This document shows, piece by piece, positions 1 through 8,576 of a stretch of DNA of 36,130 nt (positions are counted from its first letter, which is position 1; each line of letters begins with the position of its first letter). A model generated the notes under the pieces. The model did not search any database, had not been told where the DNA came from, and was given only the letters and a program-made list of their open reading frames with translations. Source of the stretch: a virus (taxonomy: Duplodnaviria; Caudoviricetes); IMG/VR virus record IMGVR_UViG_3300049004_000013, positions 1 to 36,130 of that record. One strand, 5' to 3'. The position numbers and the translations under genes are program-made.

Positions 1-251
1 AGGCTCCCGCCGGCCGGGTGTTCATCAAGCAGGGCTTCGACTGGATCTCGGCGGCCAAGGGTGACATCTACCAGCAGGATCTGCCTAAGATGCGGGCGGC
101 CAGCAAGGCACTCCACCAGGAGCTGCACCAGCTCCACGCCCAGTGGCTCGCTGCCAACCCCGAGGCCAGCCAGGACGAGCAGGACCGCCGGTACAGCGAG
201 ATCTGGCAAGAGCTGAAGACCGACGCCAAGTACGCCGTGGCCTACGCCTGA
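1..251 (+). CDS. hypothetical protein, probably 5'-partial
   Basis: Open frame with phage-like codon usage ending 3 nt before the helicase start. Confidence 0.6.
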   Translation, partial: APAGRVFIKQGFDWISAAKGDIYQQDLPKMRAASKALHQELHQLHAQWLAANPEASQDEQDRRYSEIWQELKTDAKYAVAYA

Positions 252-254
252 CCG

Positions 255-1562
255 ATGGCCGACTTCGAGCGCCGGCTGATCAGCCGGGCTACCTACGACA
301 CGAATTACGAGGCGCTCGTCGACGCCGGCATCACGGTGGAGATGTTCGAGCGCCCGGACAGCAGGAACGTCTACGCCTACGCCCTGCAGTTCATGCACGA
401 CTACCGGCGCTCGGTCACGCCCCGGGTGGTGCGGGAGGAATTCCCCAGCTACAAGCTCCTGGACAAGGTCGAGGAGCCGCTCGGCTACTGCATCGAGAAG
501 ATCCGCACGGCCCACGGCCTGCGACTGCACCAGGCGGCCGGCGACCGGTGGGCTGACGCCATCCAGGAGAAGAACCCCGAGCGGGCGAGCGAGATCCTGG
601 CCGAGACGGTCAAGGCCACCAGCAGCATCCAGGTCAACGGCAAGACGGTGGACATGGCGGCCTCGGCCCGGAGCTGGATGGACGTCTGGTTCTCCCGCTC
701 GGGGAAGCTGGAGATCATCGGCATGCCCACCGGGTTCCGAACCATCGACCGGGCCACGCTCGGCCTCCAGCGCGGCCAGCTCATCACCATCGCCGGGCTG
801 GCCGGCGCCGGGAAGTCGACGCTGGAAATGCTCATGGCCCAGCGCATCCAGCAGGCCGGGCACTCGGCGTTCTTCATGTCGTTCGAGATGAGCGACGAGG
901 AACAGACCGGCCGGTACGTCGCCATGGAGATCGGGGTCAACTACAACGACCTGATCATGGGTCGGATCACCACCGAGAAGAAAGCCGACGCCAAGGCGAA
1001 GCTGGACGAGCTGGAGCAGCGCAGCACCTTCGCCCTCTGCACCGACATCACCCGGTCGGCCACCATCTCGGGCCTGGAAGCGGAGCTGCGCCGCTACGAC
1101 CTGCCGGACGCCATCTTCATCGACGGCGTGTACATGATGCGCGACGAGCAGACGAAGAAGTCCGGCGCCGACTGGCAGGCCATGACCAACATCACCCGGG
1201 ACATGAAGCAGCTCGCCCAGCGCATCGAGCGGCCGATCGTGATGTCGACGCAGGCGCTGGTGTCGAAGACCCGCAAGGTCAAGGGCGGCGGCCACAAGCT
1301 GGACATGTACTCGCCGGGCTACAGCTCCAGCTTCGCCCAGGACTCCGACGTCATGTTCGGCCTGGAGTACGACGACGGGCGCGAGGAGGAGCGCCTGATC
1401 CGGCTGATGAAGGGTCGGCATTGTCCCAAGTTCGCCATGTGGGTCGAGTGGGAGTGGGCCACCAGCAGCTTCGGCCGGGAGCTTGGCCTGCAGGAGGGCA
1501 CCCTGGTCAACGTCGGCGGGGACGAGGGCGACGACGACTATGGGGACGATGACGATGCTTGA
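255..1562 (+). CDS. dnaB: DnaB-like replicative DNA helicase
   Basis: PTGFRTID, Walker A AGLAGAGKS, FMSFEMS, Walker B IFIDGVY, 'KQLAQ', SSSFAQDSD, KGRH arginine finger; acidic tail. Confidence 0.93.
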   Translation: MADFERRLISRATYDTNYEALVDAGITVEMFERPDSRNVYAYALQFMHDYRRSVTPRVVREEFPSYKLLDKVEEPLGYCIEKIRTAHGLRLHQAAGDRWADAIQEKNPERASEILAETVKATSSIQVNGKTVDMAASARSWMDVWFSRSGKLEIIGMPTGFRTIDRATLGLQRGQLITIAGLAGAGKSTLEMLMAQRIQQAGHSAFFMSFEMSDEEQTGRYVAMEIGVNYNDLIMGRITTEKKADAKAKLDELEQRSTFALCTDITRSATISGLEAELRRYDLPDAIFIDGVYMMRDEQTKKSGADWQAMTNITRDMKQLAQRIERPIVMSTQALVSKTRKVKGGGHKLDMYSPGYSSSFAQDSDVMFGLEYDDGREEERLIRLMKGRHCPKFAMWVEWEWATSSFGRELGLQEGTLVNVGGDEGDDDYGDDDDA

Positions 1563-2559
1563 CCTGGCCGGCGTGCTCATGGACCTCGGCGTCGAGGTCA
1601 CGACCGAGAACGACCAGCGGGTCTTCGGCCTGTGCCCGGGGCATGAGGAATTCCGGGGCCGGAAGGACTCGAAGCCGAGCTGGTCGATGGACAAGGAGCT
1701 GCTCGTCCATCACTGCTGGAGCTGCCCGTACGCCGGGACTTTGCGCCAGCTCATCGCCGATCAGCGGGGGGACACCGAGGAGGCTAGCGAATGGCTGGCC
1801 GATTACACCCGGCGCCGGGCCATCCAGCGCCTGCGGAACCCCCGGAAGGTAGCCGAGGCCCAGAAGCCCGCTCCGAAGCCCCTAACGGCCCTACAGAGGC
1901 GTCTGGAGTCCTTCAGCGACCCGCCCGACTGGGCGCTGGAGGCTCGAGGATTGGAGCGGTTCGCCGTCGTCCACTACGGCCTCCGATGGGACGCCGACGT
2001 CGACCACTGGGTCATTCCCATCCATGACGAATACGGGAAGCTCGCCGGTTTTCAGCGCAAGGCCGACGGCTACTTCAAGAACGTGCCCAAGGGCATGGAG
2101 AAGAAGTACATGGTCTTCGGTCTGGCCCAGCTCACCGGGACTTGGGGAATTCTCGTCGAGTCCCCGCTCGACGTGGTCAGGCTCTATTCCGAGGGCGTGG
2201 AGGGCGGCGTCAGTTCCTTCGGTGCCTGGGCCAGCAACCACCAGCTCGACCTCATCCTGGAGCGGGTCGAGGATCTGGTGCTCGCCCTCGACAACGACGA
2301 CGCCGGCAACGAGCAGCGCAACAGGATCTGGCACTCGCAGTGGAGGATCGGCAACCGGCTGCGCTGCCTGGACTACACCGGTACCCATGGGAAGGACATC
2401 GGGGAGATGACGTCGGCCGAGGTGCGCCGGCACGCCCTGTACCCACTGCTCTGGCGGCCACCGGAGCCGCCGCCGCGGTACCGGCCGAGGGAGAAGCGGC
2501 CACCGGGCCAGCGGTTCCTCGAATGGAGGGAGGCGCGTCGCCTTGAAGCTCAGTGCTGA
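1555..2559 (+). CDS. dnaG: DNA primase (Zn-binding domain + TOPRIM)
   Basis: CPGH...CWSC zinc motif, TOPRIM 'ILVESPLD', 'LALDNDDAG', 'KDIGE'; overlaps the helicase end. Confidence 0.9.
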   Translation: MLDLAGVLMDLGVEVTTENDQRVFGLCPGHEEFRGRKDSKPSWSMDKELLVHHCWSCPYAGTLRQLIADQRGDTEEASEWLADYTRRRAIQRLRNPRKVAEAQKPAPKPLTALQRRLESFSDPPDWALEARGLERFAVVHYGLRWDADVDHWVIPIHDEYGKLAGFQRKADGYFKNVPKGMEKKYMVFGLAQLTGTWGILVESPLDVVRLYSEGVEGGVSSFGAWASNHQLDLILERVEDLVLALDNDDAGNEQRNRIWHSQWRIGNRLRCLDYTGTHGKDIGEMTSAEVRRHALYPLLWRPPEPPPRYRPREKRPPGQRFLEWREARRLEAQC

Positions 2560-2851
2560 CCCCGAGTACCGACTGCTGCAGATCTTCCTCGGCAAGTCGG
2601 CCGAGCAGGCGCAGGTGTTCGAGGTCTACATGCACCTGCCTTCCGACCGACTGGTCTGCTCCTGCCCCGGCTACAGGCTGCGGCGGGAGTGCAAGCACGC
2701 AACCTGGGTCAGCGATCAGGTGGATCTCCATGGCGGCTACATCGCCGCCATCATGCGGGAGGACGCCTCCCTGACCCAGGAGCTGATGCAAGACCCGGCG
2801 GCCTTCCGTCGGTGGCTGTACGACAACGGAAGAGTTCTGATGCTCGAATAG
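2543..2851 (+). CDS. SWIM-type zinc finger protein
   Basis: CSCPG-x6-CKH matches CxC...CxH. Confidence 0.75.
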   Translation: MKLSADPEYRLLQIFLGKSAEQAQVFEVYMHLPSDRLVCSCPGYRLRRECKHATWVSDQVDLHGGYIAAIMREDASLTQELMQDPAAFRRWLYDNGRVLMLE

Positions 2852-2860
2852 GAGAACGAC

Positions 2861-3109
2861 ATGGGCAGCAAGTACATCGTGACCAAGGTCGACGGCACGC
2901 CCGTCGACGATGCCGTGGTGATACGCCGCCAGGACATCTTCGCCCCGCCGGCCCTTGACGCTTACGCCAACGCCATCCAGTGCGTCATCGAGCTGTCGAA
3001 GGGCAGCAGCGTCAACGGCGCCAGCATCCAGGGGCTGCAGGACGTCGCCGATTACTTCCACGACGAGGCGGCCAAGAGCTGGGCCGAGCAGCGCAAGCTT
3101 CCCGACTGA
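2861..3109 (+). CDS. hypothetical protein
   Basis: AGGAG RBS, in operon. Confidence 0.7.
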   Translation: MGSKYIVTKVDGTPVDDAVVIRRQDIFAPPALDAYANAIQCVIELSKGSSVNGASIQGLQDVADYFHDEAAKSWAEQRKLPD

Positions 3110-3261
3110 TGGAGACGGAGGAGTGGGTCGAGATCAAGGAGCTGAGCAAGGCTGACTTTCGAGGGCTGCCGCGGGAGGCACTCGTCGCCACGATCCATTA
3201 CCTGGCCGACCGGGTGCTGCGGCTCAAGCAGGAGCTGGCCGACCGGGATGTGGGGCGGTGA
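3109..3261 (+). CDS. small hypothetical protein (50 aa)
   Basis: TGATG coupling upstream, GTGA overlap downstream. Confidence 0.6.
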   Translation: METEEWVEIKELSKADFRGLPREALVATIHYLADRVLRLKQELADRDVGR

Positions 3262-3470
3262 TGGGCGTCTTCTACGAGAAGGCGGCCAAGCGGGAGCCGA
3301 GCCGGGGTATCTGCTACGGCTGCCGGCACGCTGGCGACAAGTACTTCAGCACGTCTGACTTCAGCACGCATGGGCACTGTTGCGGGAAGGGGGACCTGGA
3401 CGCTACCGACATCTGGCCGGGGTTCGTCTGCACCTGTGACTGCCGAGGGGGCCGCGATGCAGGGCGGTGA
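3258..3470 (+). CDS. Cys-rich hypothetical protein
   Basis: CxxC, HCC and CxCxC; coupled to neighbours. Confidence 0.6.
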   Translation: MMGVFYEKAAKREPSRGICYGCRHAGDKYFSTSDFSTHGHCCGKGDLDATDIWPGFVCTCDCRGGRDAGR

Positions 3471-3906
3471 CCTGAGCAACGAGGTCAGCCCGCGGCTGCT
3501 GTTCGTCTTCGAGAACACGGTCGGCACGCTGTCCGGCAAGGTGGACGAGGCCAAGGAGAGCTGGTACCTCCGGTCGAAGCGGTGGCGCAAGGCAGTGGAT
3601 CTGTGGGAGATCTCCGACCGGGCCTATGCCCTGCTGTGGGACGTGAGCTGGCGCTACAACTACCGCTTCGACGTCGTGACCTACCACCAGCAGCACTTCG
3701 CCAAGGCCCTCGCCGAGCGCTTCGACGACGAAGGGCTGCCGGTGGGCCGGGTCATCGCCAGCACGCCCATGAAGCTGGCCCGGCAGCTCGCCTTCATGCC
3801 GGACGTCCGCTACGTCTACGACGCCGACGAGAGCCGGCTCTTCACGTACGGAGGGCGCGGCGTGTACATGCCGGGTGGACTCACAGCCTTCACGTCGTTG
3901 TGGTGA
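3457..3906 (+). CDS. phage protein, possible degenerate HAD-like fold
   Basis: MQGGDLSNEVSPRLLFVFENTVG; strand pattern like HAD motif I without DxD; 'RYVYD' near C-terminus. Confidence 0.55.
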   Translation: MQGGDLSNEVSPRLLFVFENTVGTLSGKVDEAKESWYLRSKRWRKAVDLWEISDRAYALLWDVSWRYNYRFDVVTYHQQHFAKALAERFDDEGLPVGRVIASTPMKLARQLAFMPDVRYVYDADESRLFTYGGRGVYMPGGLTAFTSLW

Positions 3907-3907
3907 A

Positions 3908-3985
3908 TTAGAGGCGGCCGAGCAGCAGCAGAATTAGCAGCACGACCAGGATTACGGTTACCAGACCACCGCCGTAGTAGTACAT
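3908..3985 (-). CDS. 25-aa membrane microprotein resembling the DUF3309 C-terminal half
   Basis: Read by hand (below the ORF-track cutoff): MYYYGGGLVTVILVVLLILLLLGRL*; fills the gap between two + strand genes. Confidence 0.75.
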   Translation of the reverse strand: MYYYGGGLVTVILVVLLILLLLGRL

Positions 3986-3994
3986 GCCGGCGGG

Positions 3995-4021
3995 TTACCC
4001 ACGCAGGGTGGTGAGCTAACC
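3995..4021 (-). promoter_or_regulatory. SigB/SigF-like stress promoter, near-leaderless
   Basis: GGTTA-N16-GGGTAA on the - strand, 9 nt before ATG 3985. Confidence 0.5.
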
Positions 4022-4024
4022 ACA

Positions 4025-4264
4025 ATGCTCCGAGCGAGGCTGATCGACCTGGAGGGTGTGACCATCGGCGAGCTGGCCGTACGGGACGGCCACCCGCCGC
4101 CGGTCATCGAGGTGGCCGCCGTCCCGAAGCTGACGGCGAAGTGGTGCGACGAGGGCGCCGACCCGACGGCGCTCGTCCGAGTCAAGACGATCGTCTACCG
4201 CCTGGAGCGCCGGGACGGCGCCGGCACGCTGATCTACCGGCGCGAGACAGGACCGTGGGGATGA
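4025..4264 (+). CDS. hypothetical protein
   Basis: ORF with ATGA overlap to the next gene. Confidence 0.6.
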   Translation: MLRARLIDLEGVTIGELAVRDGHPPPVIEVAAVPKLTAKWCDEGADPTALVRVKTIVYRLERRDGAGTLIYRRETGPWG

Positions 4265-4428
4265 CCATCCTGGAGGCCCGCTGCATCAACTGCGAGCAGG
4301 AGTGGGATATCGACAGCGAACCGGTGGCGTGCATCTGCGAGGACGGCGGCCGGTGGCAGCTCCGGGTCGACGGCAGCACCTGGGGGGAGCCGGTGGACCG
4401 GGACGGGAATCATGGCCTTCCGGGGTGA
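4261..4428 (+). CDS. small Cys-containing hypothetical protein
   Basis: MTILEARCINC...CIC; coupled overlaps. Confidence 0.55.
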   Translation: MTILEARCINCEQEWDIDSEPVACICEDGGRWQLRVDGSTWGEPVDRDGNHGLPG

Positions 4429-5965
4429 GCTGTACGGCTTCCAGGAGCCGGCGCTCAAGAGGATGCTCGACCGCAAGCAGCTCCTGCTGGCCCTGGAGAT
4501 GGGATTGGGCAAGACCGTTCTGACCATCGCCGGCTGCGAGGAGCTGCTCGACACCGGGACCATCGCCACGGCCCTGATCATCTGCCCGGCCAGCCTCAAG
4601 TACCAGTGGAAGCGCATGATCGAGAACTTCACCGAGGACGCCACCGTGACCCTGGTGGAGGGGCCGCCGCTGCGCCGGCAGCACCAGTACTCCAACATCC
4701 TGACCGAGCAGCCCGACTACGTCATCTTGAATTACGAGCAGTGCGTCAACGACTGGCAGTACGTCTCCAAATTGCCGATGGAGTGCGTGGTCTGCGACGA
4801 GGTGCAGGCCATCAAGAGCTTCCGCTCGAAGCGGTCGCGCCGGGTGAAGCGGCTGCGGTCGACGTACCGGTGGGGCCTGACCGGCCAGCCGGTGGAGAAC
4901 CGGCCCGAGGAGGTGTACTCGGTGATGCAGTGGATCGACCCGGACCTCCTGGGTCGGTTCGAGGTCTTCGACCGGACCTTCATCCGCCGCAACGGGTTCG
5001 GTGGCGTCCAGTTCTACAAGAACCTCCCGACATTGCACCGCCGGCTCTCCGAGGCCATGGTCCGCAAGCGCCGGGACGATCCTGACGTGCGCGACCAGCT
5101 CCCGAAGGTCACCGAGGAGATTGTGCTCGTCCCCTTCGACCCGGCCGGCGCCCGGCTCTACCGCCACATCGTCCACGATCTGCTGGCCGAGCTGAGTGCG
5201 GCCAAGACCTTCGGCAACTTCAACGTGTTCCAGCACTACAGCCCGACCGGCGGCGACGACCCGGCCATGATGCAGGCCCGCGGCCGGATCATGTCGCGCC
5301 TGACCTGCCTGCGGATGTTGTGTGACCACCCGGACCTGCTTTCGTGGAGCGCCCGGAATTTCGACAAGGACTTGGGCAGTGGAAGCGCCTACGCCAGCGA
5401 GCTGGCCGCCGACGGGTGGCTGGAGAAGCTCGGGCCGGCGCCGAAGTACGACGCCACCTTGGAGCTGCTGCGGGAGATCGACGACGCCGGCCACAAGGCA
5501 GCGCTGTTCAGCTTCTTCAAGGAGTCCCTGCACCGGCTCAAGGACGGCGCCGCCGACCTGGCGCCCGTCGAATTCACCGGGGAGCTGACGCCCAAGGAGC
5601 GGGACCAGGCCAAGCAGAAATTCGCCCACGACGACCGCTGCCGGCTGTTCCTCAGCTCGGATGCCGGCGGCGTCGGCCTCGACCTGCCCGAGGCCAGCTA
5701 CCTCATCAACTACAACCTGCCCTGGAGCGCCGGCAAATTCGACCAGCGCCAGGCCCGCATCATCCGGCTCAGCTCGGAGTGGGAGAGCGTAACGCTCGTC
5801 ACCGTGCTGATGTCCGGCAGCATCGAGGAGCGGATGTACGACATGCTGATGGCGAAGCGGGCCGTGGCCGACGCCGTGGTCGACGGCCGGGGTATCGACG
5901 CCAAGGGCCGGCTGAAGCTCGACGTCGCCACCCTGACGGACTTCCTGACCCACTCCGAGGTGTAA
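4412..5965 (+). CDS. SNF2-family superfamily II helicase
   Basis: EMGLGKT, IICPASL, CDEVQ, LTGQP, GGVGLDL, QRQARIIR. Confidence 0.92.
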   Translation: MAFRGELYGFQEPALKRMLDRKQLLLALEMGLGKTVLTIAGCEELLDTGTIATALIICPASLKYQWKRMIENFTEDATVTLVEGPPLRRQHQYSNILTEQPDYVILNYEQCVNDWQYVSKLPMECVVCDEVQAIKSFRSKRSRRVKRLRSTYRWGLTGQPVENRPEEVYSVMQWIDPDLLGRFEVFDRTFIRRNGFGGVQFYKNLPTLHRRLSEAMVRKRRDDPDVRDQLPKVTEEIVLVPFDPAGARLYRHIVHDLLAELSAAKTFGNFNVFQHYSPTGGDDPAMMQARGRIMSRLTCLRMLCDHPDLLSWSARNFDKDLGSGSAYASELAADGWLEKLGPAPKYDATLELLREIDDAGHKAALFSFFKESLHRLKDGAADLAPVEFTGELTPKERDQAKQKFAHDDRCRLFLSSDAGGVGLDLPEASYLINYNLPWSAGKFDQRQARIIRLSSEWESVTLVTVLMSGSIEERMYDMLMAKRAVADAVVDGRGIDAKGRLKLDVATLTDFLTHSEV

Positions 5966-6038
5966 GTAATCGCTATAGCCCGGCGAGCTGGCGCCGTGGG
6001 ACCATAAATTCACCGAGTGGTGAGCGCTCGTACATGGT

Positions 6039-6073
6039 GAGGAGGCCGGGGAGGCGATACCCCGGCCTTCCTC
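6039..6073 (+). terminator. GC-rich hairpin after the SNF2 operon
   Basis: GAGGA-GGCCGGGG / CCCCGGCC-TTCCTC, 8-nt loop. Confidence 0.6.
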
Positions 6074-6079
6074 GCGTTC

Positions 6080-6103
6080 ACTGTCACACCCTCTCGGGAT
6101 ACT
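6080..6103 (+). promoter_or_regulatory. repeated promoter module A, copy 1
   Basis: ACTGTCACACCCTCT identical to 9650-9664, then 3 nt and -10-like GATACT. Confidence 0.65.
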
Positions 6104-6149
6104 CCCGCCATGGGACAAACCGGACAGACCTCATCCCCCCGCCAAAAAG

Positions 6150-6204
6150 AATCGCAAGAGGTAGCCGGCGGGGTATTGCAATCTACAGGGCGTGGGCGCA
6201 GTAT
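6150..6204 (+). promoter_or_regulatory. repeated sigma-A-like promoter/operator module B, copy 1
   Basis: 46/55 identical to 8448-8502; TTGCAA-N17-CAGTAT, ATG 7 nt downstream (leaderless). Confidence 0.75.
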
Positions 6205-6211
6205 TGTCGAC

Positions 6212-7120
6212 ATGACCTCGACGAATTCCCCCGCCGCCCCGATCGCCTACATCACCGGAGCCACGAACGCCGCCGTGCAGGCCGTCGCCTACGAGCGGAA
6301 CATCGGCCTCCTGCTGACGCCCGACACCGCCGGCCTCTTCAAGAACGGCTCGAAGGTCGGCGGCTACGCCAACAAGATCGACTTCCACCCCTTCATCGGC
6401 CTGGACAACGGCGGCTTTGGCGCCAAGGGCAAGGACTTCATCCCCGGCTGGTGGGCCTGGCTCACCAAGCTGGCCGCCCAGATGACGCCGGCCCAGAAGG
6501 CCAAGGTCCGCTTCGCCGCTGCCCCCGACGTGCTCACCTGGCACGACGCCTCCAAGAAGGACGGGACGCCGAAGCTCACCAAGAAGGGCGCCCGGGTGCA
6601 GTTCTGCATCGGGCACGCCGTCCCGACCCTGGAGCTGTTCAAGGTCTGGGCGCCGAAGATCCGCCAGCTCGGCTTCCCGGTGGCGCTGGTCGCCCAGGAC
6701 GGCCTGGAGGACATGCTGGACGACATCGACTGGGACATGGTGGACGTGGTCTTCCTCGGCGGCTCGGACGGCTTCAAGACCGGCGAGGCCGGCCGCATGG
6801 TCACCAAGCGGGCCAAGTACGAGGGCAAGGAAGTACACATGGGCCGCGTGAACAGCGGCAAGCGCCTCCTGCTCGCCAACGAGTGGGGCTGCGACACCGC
6901 CGACGGCACCTTCCTCGCCTACGGCCCCGACAAGAACCTCCCCCGGCTGCTGAGCTGGCTGGACGCTCTCCCCCAGCCGCCGGCCCCGGCCGCCACGGTC
7001 ACCCAGCTCGGCCCGGTGTGTGCCACCTGCACCCACTGGGCCAACGGCCGCCGGGTCCAGGTCCGGCACGCCAACGTCGCCGCCATCCGCACCTGCTCCG
7101 CAGCTCGCCGGGCCGCCTGA
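6212..7120 (+). CDS. TGT/DpdA-like TIM-barrel protein with C-terminal Cys/His motif (alternative start 6110)
   Basis: GLDNGGF, APDV, VAQDG, FLGGS, HMGRVNS, DTADGT in the order of tRNA-guanine transglycosylase-like barrels; tail CxxC...H...C. Confidence 0.65.
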   Translation: MTSTNSPAAPIAYITGATNAAVQAVAYERNIGLLLTPDTAGLFKNGSKVGGYANKIDFHPFIGLDNGGFGAKGKDFIPGWWAWLTKLAAQMTPAQKAKVRFAAAPDVLTWHDASKKDGTPKLTKKGARVQFCIGHAVPTLELFKVWAPKIRQLGFPVALVAQDGLEDMLDDIDWDMVDVVFLGGSDGFKTGEAGRMVTKRAKYEGKEVHMGRVNSGKRLLLANEWGCDTADGTFLAYGPDKNLPRLLSWLDALPQPPAPAATVTQLGPVCATCTHWANGRRVQVRHANVAAIRTCSAARRAA

Positions 7121-7536
7121 TGGCCGGCGACTGCGCACACACTCGGGACTACCGCATGACGTACGGCGACGGCACCAGCGAGTGCGCCTGCGGCCAGACC
7201 TTCAGCACCGACGGACACCTCACCGACTCGTTCGAATTCCACAAGGAGAAGACCATGGCCTTCCAGCCCATCGACATCACCCGCATCGACGCCGACCACT
7301 ACATCGTCGGCAGTGTCTGCCTCACCCGCACGCTCGACGGCAGCCGCTGGGAGGCGGTCCCGCTGCACGGCGCCGGCCGCCCGCTGTTCACCGCCAGCTC
7401 GCTCGAAGAGATCCTCGACATGGCCCACGGCGCCTGCGAAATGATGCGGCCGGCGGAGCCGACCATGAGCGCCGCCGACAGCATGGCGGTCGGTGACTGG
7501 ATGGACGACCACGGCGTGCCGCGGGACGCCCGGTGA
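7120..7536 (+). CDS. hypothetical protein (alternative start 7255)
   Basis: TGATG coupling; internal AAGGAG RBS before ATG 7255. Confidence 0.6.
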   Translation: MAGDCAHTRDYRMTYGDGTSECACGQTFSTDGHLTDSFEFHKEKTMAFQPIDITRIDADHYIVGSVCLTRTLDGSRWEAVPLHGAGRPLFTASSLEEILDMAHGACEMMRPAEPTMSAADSMAVGDWMDDHGVPRDAR

Positions 7537-7745
7537 GCGGGCGTCCGAACCCCCGCAAGAACGCCGACGACGCCTACGCCGCCTTCATGTCCATGTCCGA
7601 GTCCGAGTGGCTGGGACTGCTCCGCAGCCTGCTGGGTTCCGACGGTGTCCCCGGTGGATGCCTGGAGATCGAAGAGCAGAAGGGCTTCGACCGTGCTCTT
7701 CTCGACCGTGCCATTGCCCGGCGCCGGCCCGGGATCGTGCCGTGA
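7533..7745 (+). CDS. hypothetical protein
   Basis: GTGA overlaps at both ends. Confidence 0.6.
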   Translation: MSGRPNPRKNADDAYAAFMSMSESEWLGLLRSLLGSDGVPGGCLEIEEQKGFDRALLDRAIARRRPGIVP

Positions 7746-8278
7746 GCGACCAGGAGCGGTGCTTCGCCCTGGTGAAGCGCCTGGCCGGCTACGGGATGTT
7801 CTCCACCGGCAAGGCCGAGCACGGCCAGTACGTCATCGTCATCCCGCACTGGAGCTTCGACCTCCTGGAGGAATTCATGGACCGCGACCGATTCAGCGAC
7901 GACTACGACCCCGAGCCTGACTACGACCGGCCCAGCTCCAACCTCGAAGCCATGCGCGACGAGCTGCTGGTGACCCCCATCCCCCCGAAATCCGAGAAGG
8001 AGAACACAGTGTCCGACCCCAACGCCTACGACCTCGCCCACGGCAATGACCCGACGGAGGCGGCCCGCCGCAGCATGATCGAGACGGGCCAGCCCGTCGT
8101 CGACCTGGAGGCCACAGACGGCCCTACGTGGACGTCAGAGACGGTGCAGTCCGAATTCGAGATCATCGGCTTCATGGCCCCGTTCGTGGTCGCACGGCGC
8201 CGCTCAGACGGCGTGAAGGGCAGCCTCGAATTCACCCACAACCCCCGCGTTTACTTCAACTGGCAGCCGTCGTCATGA
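7742..8278 (+). CDS. hypothetical protein (alternative start 8009)
   Basis: GTGA overlap; internal GAAGGAG RBS before GTG 8009. Confidence 0.6.
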   Translation: MSDQERCFALVKRLAGYGMFSTGKAEHGQYVIVIPHWSFDLLEEFMDRDRFSDDYDPEPDYDRPSSNLEAMRDELLVTPIPPKSEKENTVSDPNAYDLAHGNDPTEAARRSMIETGQPVVDLEATDGPTWTSETVQSEFEIIGFMAPFVVARRRSDGVKGSLEFTHNPRVYFNWQPSS

Positions 8279-8448
8279 GGGACTGGAAGGTCGCCCTCAT
8301 CGTCATCCTGGCGGTGACCACGGTCATGTTCGGCACGGCGTTCGTGCTGGCCTTGATCAGCGGCAAGGGCAGCTCCACCACCGGGAGCGGGAGCTGCGCC
8401 AACTGGCGGGCGAACGGCAACCAGACCTACTGCACCCGGTGGAAATAA
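8275..8448 (+). CDS. small membrane protein
   Basis: VALIVILAVTTVMFGTAFVLALI hydrophobic helix; ATGA overlap. Confidence 0.65.
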   Translation: MRDWKVALIVILAVTTVMFGTAFVLALISGKGSSTTGSGSCANWRANGNQTYCTRWK

Positions 8449-8502
8449 ATCGCAAGATTCCGCCGGCTAGGTCTTGCAATCTACCCGGCGTGGGCGCAGT
8501 AT
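8448..8502 (+). promoter_or_regulatory. repeated promoter/operator module B, copy 2
   Basis: TTGCAA(8474)-N17-CAGTAT(8497); dyad GCAAGA-N4-GCCGGC-N4-TCTTGC overlapping the -35. Confidence 0.75.
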
Positions 8503-8512
8503 CTGATGTACC

Positions 8513-8549
8513 GGCCGGGCGGGAGCGCCCCCCAGCCTCCCGCCCGGCC
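8513..8549 (+). other. 5'-leader hairpin (13-bp perfect stem)
   Basis: GGCCGGGCGGGAG / CTCCCGCCCGGCC just after the predicted start site. Confidence 0.65.
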
Positions 8550-8576
8550 AACCAGCCTCGACACAAGGAGCATCCG

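Noticed and set aside
4286-6118. Long - strand ORFs (also 9673-11088, 13893-15704, 23445-25145)
   Set aside because: Antisense mirrors of high-GC3 genes with no motifs or RBS
5344-7536. 730-aa ORF on the + strand
   Set aside because: Arg/Pro/Gly-rich shadow frame crossing a terminator and two real genes; only 7120-7536 looks coding
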